From: Casimicrobiaceae bacterium | Lineage (GTDB): Bacteria; Pseudomonadota; Gammaproteobacteria; Burkholderiales; Casimicrobiaceae | NCBI GenBank assembly: GCA_035996965.1 | Contig: DASYJB010000011.1 | Span: forward strand, 1-61,002 | DNA: 61,002 bases | Reading direction: 5' to 3' | Shown: one piece after another, positions 21,042 through 30,095 of the stretch | Layout of the letters: each line of letters begins with the position of its first letter | How positions within the stretch are numbered: position 1 is the stretch's first letter | Made by a program: the position numbers and the translations under genes | The notes under the pieces: model-generated | Seen by the model: only the letters and a program-made list of their open reading frames with translations | What the model was told of the DNA's origin: nothing | The model's database searches: none

Positions 21042-21692
21042 TCAAAACACAAAGCGCGCCGGTTGCGCGGCATTGCGCAAAGGCGCGATCACTGTCTCGA
21101 AAAGGTCCTCGGTCGCGAATGCGCCCGGCGCCGTCGAGTGGATCAGGCGCGCGGTCATCACCGGAGGATCGCCGACGACGGCGAATAGCCGGCCACCCGG
21201 CTTCAGCTGCTGCAGCCACGAATCGGGCAGGACCGGCGTCGAACCGCTGAGCACGATAGCGTCGTATTGGCGATTGTCCCATCCGCGCGCGCCGTCGCCG
21301 ACCTCCAGGCGCGCATTGACGACGCCGGCGCGGGCCAGCTTGCCAGCCGCATCCGCTGAAAATCGCGCGATGATCTCCACGCTGGTCACCGCGGCACAAC
21401 TGCGCGCGAGCAGCGCCGTCAGATAGCCGCTGCCGGTGCCGACTTCCAGCACGGCGTCGTTGCGATCGAGCTCGAGCTCCTGCACGACGCGTGCCTCGAG
21501 TTTCGGCGGCCACATGCGCTCGCCCTCACCCAGCGGAATTTCGAGGTCCGCGAACGCGAGCGTGCGATACGCGGGCGGCACGAAATCCTCACGCCGCACT
21601 TCGAACAGAAGGTCCAGCACACGCTGGTCGAGCACGTCCCAGGTCCGGATCTGCTGCTCGACCATGTTGAACCGCGCTTGCTCGAAATCCAT
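21042..21692 (-). CDS. protein-L-isoaspartate O-methyltransferase family protein (Pcm-like)
   Basis: The product is 216 aa with the SAM motif LEVGTGSGYLTALLA. It lies directly upstream of tolC on the same strand. Confidence 0.85.
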   Translation of the reverse strand: MDFEQARFNMVEQQIRTWDVLDQRVLDLLFEVRREDFVPPAYRTLAFADLEIPLGEGERMWPPKLEARVVQELELDRNDAVLEVGTGSGYLTALLARSCAAVTSVEIIARFSADAAGKLARAGVVNARLEVGDGARGWDNRQYDAIVLSGSTPVLPDSWLQQLKPGGRLFAVVGDPPVMTARLIHSTAPGAFATEDLFETVIAPLRNAAQPARFVF

Positions 21693-21800
21693 CTGACGAT
21701 TTCCGCGTTATGGCGCCGGCGTCCGGCGCAAAAATGCGCCGGTCGAACGGGCTTTGTTATTCGAGCCGCGACGGCTGCCGCAGCGACGCTCATTATCGCA

Positions 21801-24800
21801 TCAGTCACCGGCCGCCGGCACCGCCGCGGCGCGCGCGGCGCGCTTCGCTTGCCTGGTCTTGCGGCGCTGCGCCCAGTTGTCCAGGTACGTGTAGATGACC
21901 GGCACGACGACCAGCGTCAGCAAGGTCGAGGTGATCACGCCCCCGATGATCGCGCGACCCATCGGCGCCTGCGTCTCGCCTCCTTCGCCGAGACCGAGCG
22001 CCAGCGGCGTCATGCCGCCGATCATCGCTGCGGTCGTCATCAGGATCGGCCGCAGCCGCACCTGTCCCGCCTGCAGCAGCGAGTCGTGCAGGCTGGCTCC
22101 CGCTCGTCGGGCGCGGTTCGCGAAATCGACTAGCAGGATCGCGTTCTTGGTCACCAGGCCCATCAGCATGACGAAGCCGATCATCGAAAACAGGTTCAGC
22201 GTCGTGCCGGTCAGCAGCAGCGCGAGGAACACGCCGATCAGCGTTAACGGAAGCGACGCCATGATCGCGACCGGCTGCGTGAAACTCGCGAACTGCGACG
22301 CCAGGATCAGATAGATGAAAATGACGGCAAGGCCGGCGGCGGCGACCAGTGCCTGGAACGACTCCTGCATGTCCTTCGCCTGCCCGCCGACGTCGAAGCG
22401 ATAACCGGGCGGCAGCGCCGTCGCCTTGATGATCGCCTGCACGTCCGAGTTGACGTCGCCCGAAGGCCGTCCTTCGGCATTTGCGTAAAGCGCGACGCGC
22501 CGCTGCAATTCCTGCCGCTTGATGATCTGCGGGCTCGTCGTCTCGACGATTTCAGCGACCTGTCGCAACGGAACCATCCGCTGCGCTCCGTCGGGACCGA
22601 CGCGATTGCTCGTCAGGTACAGATTGCCCAGGTCGGACGCGAGTTCGCGCCGGTTCTTCGGCAATTGCACGTTGACCTCGTAGTTGTTGCCATCCGGCGC
22701 CAGCCAGTAGCTGACGGTGTCGCCGGCGAGCAGCGGCCGCATCGTTGCGCCGACCTGCTGCACGGTGAGCCCGAGATCGGAGGCCGCGTCGTTGTTGAGC
22801 CGGATCGACAGCGCCGGCGATGCCGCTTTTTCGGACGTTTCGAGATCCGCGATGCCGGGGACCTTGGCGACCTTCTGTGCAAATTCGCCGATCAAGGTCG
22901 TCAAGGTCTCGGGGTCCGGACCGAGCAGGTTCACCCACACCGGCCGGTCGAATCCAAACGCGAGCTCGATGCCGGGAATCGGCTTGAGCTCGGTGCGGAT
23001 CGCTTTCTCGATGTCCTTCTGCGAGCGCGCGCGATCGGCGCGATCGACCAGCTTCAGATTGACCCGCGCGTAGTTGCGGCCTTCCTCGGTCCCCGTAGTC
23101 GCCATCACAAGCGCGACGTCGGGATAGGTCTTCAGTATCGTTTCCACCTGCTGGACCTTGCTGTCGGTGTACTCGAGGCTCGAGCCGACCGGCGTATTCA
23201 GCCGCAGCGAAATGAATCCCTGGTCGGCATCGGGAATGAACTCGGTGCCGACCAGCGGCAGTATCAGGAAGCTGCCGAAGAACGAAACCAGCGCGATCGC
23301 GATCACGCTCTTGCGATGGAGCAGCGACCACTCGAGAATCTCTCCGTACCGGACGTGCAGCCACTCGATGCCGTGCTCGACCTTTTCCATGAACGCGCCG
23401 AGCCACGGCACGCGCCGGAAACGCGAGCCCGGCGGATCGTGCCAGACCGACGACAGCATCGGATCGAGCGTAAAGCTGACGAACAGCGACACCAGTACCG
23501 CCACCGCGACGGTTAGTCCGAACTGGAAGAAGAAGCGGCCGACGATACCGCTCATGAAAGCGATCGGCACGAACACCGCGACGATCGCGAACGAGGTCGC
23601 CATCACGGCGAGGCCGATTTCGTCGGTGCCCTCGCGCGCCGCATGCATGTGGTCCTTGCCGAGCCCGAGGTGGCGAACGATGTTTTCGCGCACGACGATC
23701 GCGTCGTCGATCAGCAAGCCGATGCAAAGCGAAAGCGCCATCAGCGTCAGAAAGTTGAGCGTGAACCCGAAAGCGAAAAGCGCGATGAACGTCGCGATCA
23801 CGGCAATCGGAAGGGTCAGGCCGGTGATGATTGTGCTGCGCCAGCTGTGCAGGAACAGAAAGACGATCAGAACGGTCAGCGCCGCGCCCTCGAGGATCGT
23901 CGATTTGACCCGGTTGACGCTTCGCTCGACCGCGTCCGACGTCGAGTTGGCGACGCGCAACTCGACGTCCGCGGGAATGCGGGCCTTGAGCGCGGCGATC
24001 GCTTCGGTGACTCCCCTGCCGGTCTCGACGATGTTGGCGTCTTGCGCCTTCTGGATATCGAGCGTGATCGCCGGACGGCCGTTGACTCGCGAGATCGAAT
24101 CCGGCTCTTTCTCCCCGTCGATCACATCGGCGACCTGCGACAGATAGACGGGCGCCCCGCCCTGCTGCGCGACGATGATCCGGCCAAACTGCGCCGGATC
24201 CTTGATCTTCCCCTCGACGCGCACGATCGTGTCGCTCTGGCCGCGGGTGATGCGCCCTGCGGGGACGTCCTGGTTCGCCGCGCGGATGGCGTTGGTGACC
24301 TGGTCGACGCCGATGCCCAGCGCCGTGACCGCCGCCGGCTTGATCTGGATCAGGATCTGCCGCGTGATGCGCCCGTTGACGTCGATCCGCGCGACGCCCG
24401 GCACGTTTTCCAGCCCCTTGACGATCGTCTGGTCGGTGAGCGAGGTCAGGTCGCGCAGATTCATCGTCGGCGACAGAACGGCGATCGAAACGACCGGCTG
24501 CGTGTTCTCCTGGTCGGCGCGGATAACCAGCGGATCCTTGACGTCGCGCGGAAACCCCGGACGCACCTGTGCGATCTTGTCGCGAACGTCCTGCATCGCC
24601 TTCGACATGTCGGTCGACATGCGAAACTCGGCGAATACCTGGCTTTGTCCCTCGCGCGAATTCGACCGGATCAGGCTCGCGCCGGAAACGGTGTTGATCG
24701 CGTATTCGAGCGGCTTGGTGACGTCGGTTTCGACGACCTCCGGCGAGGCCCCCGGGTAGGTCGTAAGCACGAGCACGTACGGCAACGACACGTCCGGCAT

Positions 24801-24908
24801 CTGCTCGACGCGCAGGCGGTTGTAGGCAAACAGGCCCAGCACGGCAATGCCGACCATGACCATCGTCGCGAACACCGGGTTATTGATCGAGATTCGGGTG
24901 ATCAGCAT
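21801..24908 (-). CDS. RND efflux transporter, inner-membrane permease (AcrB/AcrD/AcrF family)
   Basis: The product is 1035 aa. It has the two-fold 6-TM plus large-loop architecture. The N-terminus is MLITRISINNPVFATMVMV and a further motif is DDAIVVRENI. A GGAGC RBS precedes the start. Confidence 0.93.
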   Translation of the reverse strand: MLITRISINNPVFATMVMVGIAVLGLFAYNRLRVEQMPDVSLPYVLVLTTYPGASPEVVETDVTKPLEYAINTVSGASLIRSNSREGQSQVFAEFRMSTDMSKAMQDVRDKIAQVRPGFPRDVKDPLVIRADQENTQPVVSIAVLSPTMNLRDLTSLTDQTIVKGLENVPGVARIDVNGRITRQILIQIKPAAVTALGIGVDQVTNAIRAANQDVPAGRITRGQSDTIVRVEGKIKDPAQFGRIIVAQQGGAPVYLSQVADVIDGEKEPDSISRVNGRPAITLDIQKAQDANIVETGRGVTEAIAALKARIPADVELRVANSTSDAVERSVNRVKSTILEGAALTVLIVFLFLHSWRSTIITGLTLPIAVIATFIALFAFGFTLNFLTLMALSLCIGLLIDDAIVVRENIVRHLGLGKDHMHAAREGTDEIGLAVMATSFAIVAVFVPIAFMSGIVGRFFFQFGLTVAVAVLVSLFVSFTLDPMLSSVWHDPPGSRFRRVPWLGAFMEKVEHGIEWLHVRYGEILEWSLLHRKSVIAIALVSFFGSFLILPLVGTEFIPDADQGFISLRLNTPVGSSLEYTDSKVQQVETILKTYPDVALVMATTGTEEGRNYARVNLKLVDRADRARSQKDIEKAIRTELKPIPGIELAFGFDRPVWVNLLGPDPETLTTLIGEFAQKVAKVPGIADLETSEKAASPALSIRLNNDAASDLGLTVQQVGATMRPLLAGDTVSYWLAPDGNNYEVNVQLPKNRRELASDLGNLYLTSNRVGPDGAQRMVPLRQVAEIVETTSPQIIKRQELQRRVALYANAEGRPSGDVNSDVQAIIKATALPPGYRFDVGGQAKDMQESFQALVAAAGLAVIFIYLILASQFASFTQPVAIMASLPLTLIGVFLALLLTGTTLNLFSMIGFVMLMGLVTKNAILLVDFANRARRAGASLHDSLLQAGQVRLRPILMTTAAMIGGMTPLALGLGEGGETQAPMGRAIIGGVITSTLLTLVVVPVIYTYLDNWAQRRKTRQAKRAARAAAVPAAGD

Positions 24909-24946
24909 CGGCTTAGCTCCTTACCGGTGGCGGACGAATGCAGCGG

Positions 24947-26104
24947 TCATCCCGCGGCCTTCGCCTTGCTTTGCGACGGCGCGCGCACGACCGCGGGCGC
25001 GCCTTCCTTCAGGTTGTCGAAACGCGTCGCGAGCACCGTCAGGTTCTGCGGCAGCTCGCTCTTGAGCTCTATCCTCCCGGCGGATTCGTCCTTGCGTCCG
25101 ACGGCCACGTTGCGCCGCGTCAGCTTGCCGCCCTCGATCGCCCAGACGAACGTTTGGCCCGCCTCGCTGCGCACCGCCGAGGACGGCAGGGTCGGCACCG
25201 GCGCGCTTGCCGCCAGCCCGATCCGTCCCGTCGCGAACATCCCGCCGCGCAGCGCGGCATCGGGGTTCGGGATCTGCACGAACACCAGTATCGCCCGCGT
25301 TCCGGACTCGGTCATCGGATTAATGCGCTCGATCGTCCCTTTGAAGCGGCGGTCACCGAAGCCGTCGATCGAAAGCTCGACGGGCATGGCGATGGCAAGC
25401 TCCGGAATATCGTTGGCCGGTACCATCGCCTGGAGTTCCATCCGGCCCAGGTCGACGACAGTGAACAGCGGCGAATCGAAATTGACTTTTTCGCCGGGTT
25501 GAACGTGGCGCTTTGCAACCGTTCCTGACAGCGTCGTGACGACGACCGCATCGCGCAGCGCATTGCGCGCGAGCTGAACCTGCGCTTCACTGGACTTCAG
25601 CGATCCGCGGCTGACCGAAAGATTGCTCTCGGCGCTATCGAACGCCGTCTGCGAGATGAAGTTCTGCTTGAGCAGCGCCAGGTTCTGGGTGCGCGTCTTT
25701 TCGGCCAGCGCGAGCTGGGCACGCCCCGACTCGAGCGCGCCGATCCGATCGTTGAGCTTGGCCTCGAGATCCGAGGTGTCGAAGCGCGCAACCACCTGCC
25801 CGGCCTTGACCGACTCGCCTTCGCGAACCAATACCTGGCGGATCTCGCCGGAGACTTTTGCCTTGATCGTGGCCTGGTCGACCGGCTGCAGCGTTCCCGA
25901 GACCGGCAGCCAGCGCGCGAGCGCGCGCGACTCGACGACCGAGACGTCGACCGAAGTGAACTCCAGCGCCGCCGGAGGAGCGTTGGCCGGCGCCGCGGCG
26001 GCGCGCTTGCTCACGCGCACGGCACCGGCCGTCGCCAGCCCGCCAATCACCGCAATCGCAACCAGGGCGCCTATCGTGCGGCGCCGCGTGAACCATCTAG
26101 CCAT
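24947..26104 (-). CDS. RND efflux periplasmic adaptor (membrane fusion protein)
   Basis: The product is 385 aa with an N-terminal anchor. It has a lipoyl-like hairpin (VKAGQVVARFD), coiled-coil and beta-barrel segments. It lies immediately upstream of the RND permease. Confidence 0.9.
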   Translation of the reverse strand: MARWFTRRRTIGALVAIAVIGGLATAGAVRVSKRAAAAPANAPPAALEFTSVDVSVVESRALARWLPVSGTLQPVDQATIKAKVSGEIRQVLVREGESVKAGQVVARFDTSDLEAKLNDRIGALESGRAQLALAEKTRTQNLALLKQNFISQTAFDSAESNLSVSRGSLKSSEAQVQLARNALRDAVVVTTLSGTVAKRHVQPGEKVNFDSPLFTVVDLGRMELQAMVPANDIPELAIAMPVELSIDGFGDRRFKGTIERINPMTESGTRAILVFVQIPNPDAALRGGMFATGRIGLAASAPVPTLPSSAVRSEAGQTFVWAIEGGKLTRRNVAVGRKDESAGRIELKSELPQNLTVLATRFDNLKEGAPAVVRAPSQSKAKAAG

Positions 26105-26345
26105 GAGCAGTCTGTCCCCCTCGTGTCCCGATCGACCGGCAGTGGCGGCTTTTGGCCACCCTGTCCCGCCCGTTGGATGCGCCGGCTGGCACGGCCGGAT
26201 TCAAAAATTGGGCGAGTCTAGGCCGGCACGAGCCGTCGACACAAGGCAAAGCCGACGAAACGCCCGCACCGGGGCGGCAATCGCCGCAAGCGCCGATGAA
26301 GCGCACGAAAGACCGCGCCCGAGGCTTCCCGGCGCAGGAACGCGA

Positions 26346-26374
26346 TTGACAGCATACGCCGGCCCGACGATAAT
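26346..26374 (+). promoter_or_regulatory. candidate sigma70 promoter for the liv operon (TTGACA-17-GATAAT)
   Basis: A consensus -35 TTGACA lies at 26346-51. A 17-nt spacer separates it from GATAAT at 26369-74. The promoter is about 48 nt upstream of the livK-like ATG. Confidence 0.55.
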
Positions 26375-26421
26375 TTCGCGCTCCCCGCTTTTCCGATTAC
26401 CCCCCTTTGTGGAGGACATTC

Positions 26422-27741
26422 ATGAGATTCAATCGCACGCTCGGCCTGACGCTCGTCGCCGCAGCGTTGATGACCGCTTACGGCTGCGGCAAGGAAGAGC
26501 CGAAGAAGGCTGCGGACGCCACGCCCGCCACGCCCGCCGCGCCTGCCGCGCCTGGAGTGGTCGTCAAGATTGGCCACGTAGGGCCGACGACCGGACCCCA
26601 GGCGCATCTGGGCAAGGATAACGAAAATGGCGCCCGGCTGGCGATCGACGATGCCAACGCCAAAGGCATCATGATCGACGGCAAGAAGGTCAAGTTCGAG
26701 CTCGTCGCCGAAGACGACCAGGCCGACCCGAAGCAGGGCGTGATCGTGGCGCAGAAGCTGGTCGATGCGAAGGTCGCCGGTGTCGTCGGTCATTTGAACT
26801 CGGGTACGACAATCCCCGCCTCCAAGCTCTATAGCGATGCCGGCATTCCGCAGATCTCGCCGTCGGCAACGAATCCCAAGTACACGCTGCAGGGCTTCAA
26901 GACGGCGTTTCGCGTGATGGCCAACGACGTGCAACAGGGCAGCGTCATCGGCAAGGAAGCCGTTTCCACGCTGGGCGCGAAAAAGATCGCCATCATCGAC
27001 GACAAGACCGCCTATGGCGCGGGCCTTGCCGAAGAAACCGAGAAGGCGGCCAAGGCGGCCGGCGCCACGATCGTCGCGCACGAATTCACCAACGACAAGG
27101 CGACCGACTTCAAGGCGATCCTGACCAAGATCAAGGCCAAGGGTCCGGACCTGATCATGTACGGCGGCATGGACGCGCAAGGCGGCCCGATGGTCAAGCA
27201 GATGAAGGAGCTCGGCATCAAGGCCAAGTTCATCGCCGGCGACGGCGTGTGCTCTGCCGAGTGGCCGAAGCTCGCCGGGGGCGCGGCCGAGGGCCAGTAC
27301 TGCACGCAGGCCGGCGTTCCGCCGGAAAAGATGGCCAACGCCAAGGACTTCGTCACTCGCTTCACCGCGAAGTATGGCCCGATCCAGGTCTACGCCCCGT
27401 ATTCCTACGACGCGGCGATGACGCTGATCGCGGCGATGCAGAAGGCGAACTCGACCGACCCGGCGAAGTATCTGCCTGAGCTTTCGAAGATCTCGTACGA
27501 CGGCATCACGGCAAAGGTTGAATTCGACGAGCACGGCGATACCAAGAACGGCGCGATCACGCTGTACACGGTCAAGGATGGCGCATTGGTGCCGATGGCG
27601 ATGAACGTCGGGGGCAAAACCGAGAAGCTCGCGGCGGCGCCGGCGGCAGCAGCACCGGCCGCACCAGCACCGGCCGCGCCGGCGAAGTCCGACGCGATGA
27701 AGTCGGATGCAATGAAGTCGGAAGCACCGGCGAAGAAATAG
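26422..27741 (+). CDS. livK: branched-chain amino acid ABC transporter substrate-binding protein (LivK/LivJ family), possibly lipid-anchored
   Basis: The ATG at 26422 lies 5 nt after a GGAGGA RBS. The signal region ends ...MTAYGCGKEE. The type I periplasmic-binding-protein core reads VKIGHVGPTTGPQAHLG...IIDDKTAYG. There is a low-complexity C-terminal tail. Confidence 0.88.
   Translation: MRFNRTLGLTLVAAALMTAYGCGKEEPKKAADATPATPAAPAAPGVVVKIGHVGPTTGPQAHLGKDNENGARLAIDDANAKGIMIDGKKVKFELVAEDDQADPKQGVIVAQKLVDAKVAGVVGHLNSGTTIPASKLYSDAGIPQISPSATNPKYTLQGFKTAFRVMANDVQQGSVIGKEAVSTLGAKKIAIIDDKTAYGAGLAEETEKAAKAAGATIVAHEFTNDKATDFKAILTKIKAKGPDLIMYGGMDAQGGPMVKQMKELGIKAKFIAGDGVCSAEWPKLAGGAAEGQYCTQAGVPPEKMANAKDFVTRFTAKYGPIQVYAPYSYDAAMTLIAAMQKANSTDPAKYLPELSKISYDGITAKVEFDEHGDTKNGAITLYTVKDGALVPMAMNVGGKTEKLAAAPAAAAPAAPAPAAPAKSDAMKSDAMKSEAPAKK
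27685..27729 (+). repeat. 3 x 15-nt in-frame tandem repeat (KSDAM-KSDAM-KSEAP) in the livK-like tail
   Basis: The sequence is AAGTCCGACGCGATG / AAGTCGGATGCAATG / AAGTCGGAAGCACCG. Confidence 0.6.
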
Positions 27742-27781
27742 GACGACGCGGGCTTGACGCCTGCGCGCTCCCGTAAGACTG

Positions 27782-27814
27782 AAACGGCGCCCTCCCGGGC
27801 GCCGTTTCCATTTC
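27782..27814 (+). terminator. intra-operon hairpin (attenuating terminator) between livK and livH
   Basis: The sequence is AAACGGCGCCC-tccc-GGGCGCCGTTT, an 11-bp stem followed by CCATTTC. The T-run is weak, so termination is probably partial. Confidence 0.5.
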
Positions 27815-27917
27815 AGCCGTCCGGCGGTTGGCGCCGGGGGGATTGCCGTGGCCTTGGCCGCAGCGGAGAATCGGCGACTAGCCGGGGGCCGCCGCGGCGC
27901 GACGGGAGATTCGCTTC

Positions 27918-28913
27918 GTGGAAACCTTTCTGCAGCAGATCATCAACGGTCTCACGCTCGGCAGCGTCTATGCGCTGGTTGCGCTCGGTTACACGATGGT
28001 CTACGGCATCATCGGCCTGATCAATTTCGCGCATGGCGAAGTGGTGATGATAGGCGCGATGGTGTCGCTGTCGGTCATCGCCGGCCTGCTCGGCTCGCAC
28101 ACCTCGCTTCCGGCAGTCGTGATCATTCTCGCCGGGCTCTTCGTCGCGATCCTCGTCTGTGTAGCGATCGCGTACAGCATGGAAAAGATCGCCTACCGGC
28201 CGTTGCGGCGCGCCCCGCGCCTCGCGCCGCTGATCACGGCCATCGGCATGTCGATCGTGCTGCAGAACGTCGCGCTGATGGTCTGGGGCCGCAACTACCG
28301 GACGTTTCCGACGCTGATCCAGCCGACGACGCATAACATCCTCGGCGCGGCGATGACCGACCTTCAAATGCTGATCGTGGTCATGGCGGCGCTGTTGATG
28401 GGCGGCCTCGTGCTGATCGTGCAGCGTACGCGCCTGGGGATGGCGATGCGCGCGACCGCGCAAAACCCGCAGGTTGCAGGCCTGATGGGCATCGACATCA
28501 ACGTCATCATCTCGGCGGCATTCGTCATCGGCGCGGCGCTGGCGGCCGTTGCCGGCCTGATGGTGATGGCCTATTACGGAATAGCGCACTACTACATGGG
28601 TTTCCTGCTCGGGCTCAAGGCGTTCACCGCCGCGGTGCTGGGCGGCATCGGCAACCTGGCCGGAGCGATGCTGGGCGGCATTCTGCTGGGCATCATCGAG
28701 GCGCTGGGTGCCGGCTACATCGGCGACGTGTCGAACGTATGCGGGCTGTCCTCGCTGAACGACGCACTGCAGCAGAAATGTGTGGACAACGATGGGCAAG
28801 TGAGCCTGTTCGGGAGCAACTACCAGGACGTGTTCGCGTTCTTCGTGCTGATCCTGGTGCTGATCTTCCGCCCATCGGGCCTCCTGGGCGAGCGCGTCGC
28901 CGATCGCGCATGA
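27918..28913 (+). CDS. livH: branched-chain amino acid ABC transporter permease LivH
   Basis: The start is GTG, preceded by GGGAGA. Motifs are LINFAHGEVVMIGA and the C-terminal LILVLIFRPSGLLGE. It carries an extra Cys-containing loop of about 25-30 aa (see the finding). Confidence 0.92.
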   Translation: METFLQQIINGLTLGSVYALVALGYTMVYGIIGLINFAHGEVVMIGAMVSLSVIAGLLGSHTSLPAVVIILAGLFVAILVCVAIAYSMEKIAYRPLRRAPRLAPLITAIGMSIVLQNVALMVWGRNYRTFPTLIQPTTHNILGAAMTDLQMLIVVMAALLMGGLVLIVQRTRLGMAMRATAQNPQVAGLMGIDINVIISAAFVIGAALAAVAGLMVMAYYGIAHYYMGFLLGLKAFTAAVLGGIGNLAGAMLGGILLGIIEALGAGYIGDVSNVCGLSSLNDALQQKCVDNDGQVSLFGSNYQDVFAFFVLILVLIFRPSGLLGERVADRA

Positions 28914-29992
28914 AACCGGTCGGTCGCTCCGGGATACCGCTGCAGGTGTGGGCCGGCGTCGCCCTGGTCGCGATCGCGCTGGCCGTGCTGCCCTTCGTCG
29001 CCGCGCTGGCCGGCCAGGCGTGGGTCCGCATCCTCAATTTCGCGATGATCTACACGATGCTTGCGCTCGGGCTCAACATCGTCGTCGGCTTCGCCGGGCT
29101 CCTCGACCTGGGCTATATCGCCTTCTACGCCGTCGGTGCCTATACCTACGCGCTGCTGGCATCGCCGCAGTTCGGGATCCACCTGCCTTTCTGGGTGATC
29201 CTGCCGATCGGCGCGGGAATCGCCTGTCTGTTCGGCGTCTTGCTCGGTACGCCGACCCTGAAGCTGCGCGGCGATTATCTGGCGATCGTGACCCTCGGCT
29301 TCGGCGAGATCATCCGAATCTTTCTCAACAACCTGAATTCGCCGATCAACTTCACCAACGGGCCGCAAGGCATCAACCTGATCGATCCGTTCCGGATCGG
29401 CGGCTTTTCGCTGGCCAGCACCGAAACGTTCTTCGGCATCACCTTCTCCGGCCCGCAGAAGTACTACTACATGCTGCTGCTGCTGACGATCGCGGTCATC
29501 GTCGTCAATCTCCGGTTGCAGAACTCGCGGCTGGGCCGGGCGTGGGAGGCGATACGCGAAGACGAGGTCGCCGCCAAAGCGATGGGCATCAACACGCGAA
29601 ACGTCAAGCTCCTCGCCTTCGCGATGGGCGCCTCGTTCGGCGGCATCGCCGGCGCCGTCTTCTCGGCGACACAGCAGTTCATCAGTCCGGAAAGCTTCGG
29701 GCTGTTCGAGTCGATCATCGTGCTCGCGATGGTGGTCCTGGGAGGCATGGGCAACATTCCCGGCGTTATCCTGGGCGCGGTCCTTCTGACCTTGCTGCCC
29801 GAGGTATTGCGCTACACGATGGAGCCGCTGCAGATGGGACTGTTCGGCCGCGTGCTGATCGACGCGGAGACGATCCGACTGCTGGTGTTCGGCGTCGCCC
29901 TGGTCGCGATCATGCTTTTCCGGCCGGCCGGACTGTGGCCGTCCGCGGTGCGCAAGCGCGAGCTGGAAGTCGCCAAACAGGCAGCCGCATGA
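28910..29992 (+). CDS. livM: branched-chain amino acid ABC transporter permease LivM
   Basis: The ATG at 28910 overlaps the livH stop (ATGA). Motifs are LLDLGYIAFYAVGAYT and LRGDYLAIVTLGFGEIIR. Confidence 0.92.
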   Translation: MKPVGRSGIPLQVWAGVALVAIALAVLPFVAALAGQAWVRILNFAMIYTMLALGLNIVVGFAGLLDLGYIAFYAVGAYTYALLASPQFGIHLPFWVILPIGAGIACLFGVLLGTPTLKLRGDYLAIVTLGFGEIIRIFLNNLNSPINFTNGPQGINLIDPFRIGGFSLASTETFFGITFSGPQKYYYMLLLLTIAVIVVNLRLQNSRLGRAWEAIREDEVAAKAMGINTRNVKLLAFAMGASFGGIAGAVFSATQQFISPESFGLFESIIVLAMVVLGGMGNIPGVILGAVLLTLLPEVLRYTMEPLQMGLFGRVLIDAETIRLLVFGVALVAIMLFRPAGLWPSAVRKRELEVAKQAAA

Positions 29993-30003
29993 GCGGCGGA
30001 GCA

Positions 30004-30040
30004 GGGGCCCCGCGCAGCGGGGATGCGACCCGCGAAGGCG
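30004..30040 (+). repeat. REP-like hairpin element, copy 2, in the livM-livG spacer
   Basis: The sequence is GGGG-CCCCGC-gca-GCGGGG-ATGCGACCC-GCGAAGGCGG. It has the same architecture and orientation as 1-40. Confidence 0.4.
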
Positions 30041-30095
30041 GCAGGCGGCCGACGCGCCGCTGGACGCATTCGGACACAGTGGAAGAGGCCGCCGG

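Noticed and set aside
26187-26192. A TGGCAC sigma54 -24-like hexamer in the RND/liv divergent spacer
   Set aside because: There is no TTGC -12 element at the required spacing on either strand. It lies inside a near-palindromic GC stretch.
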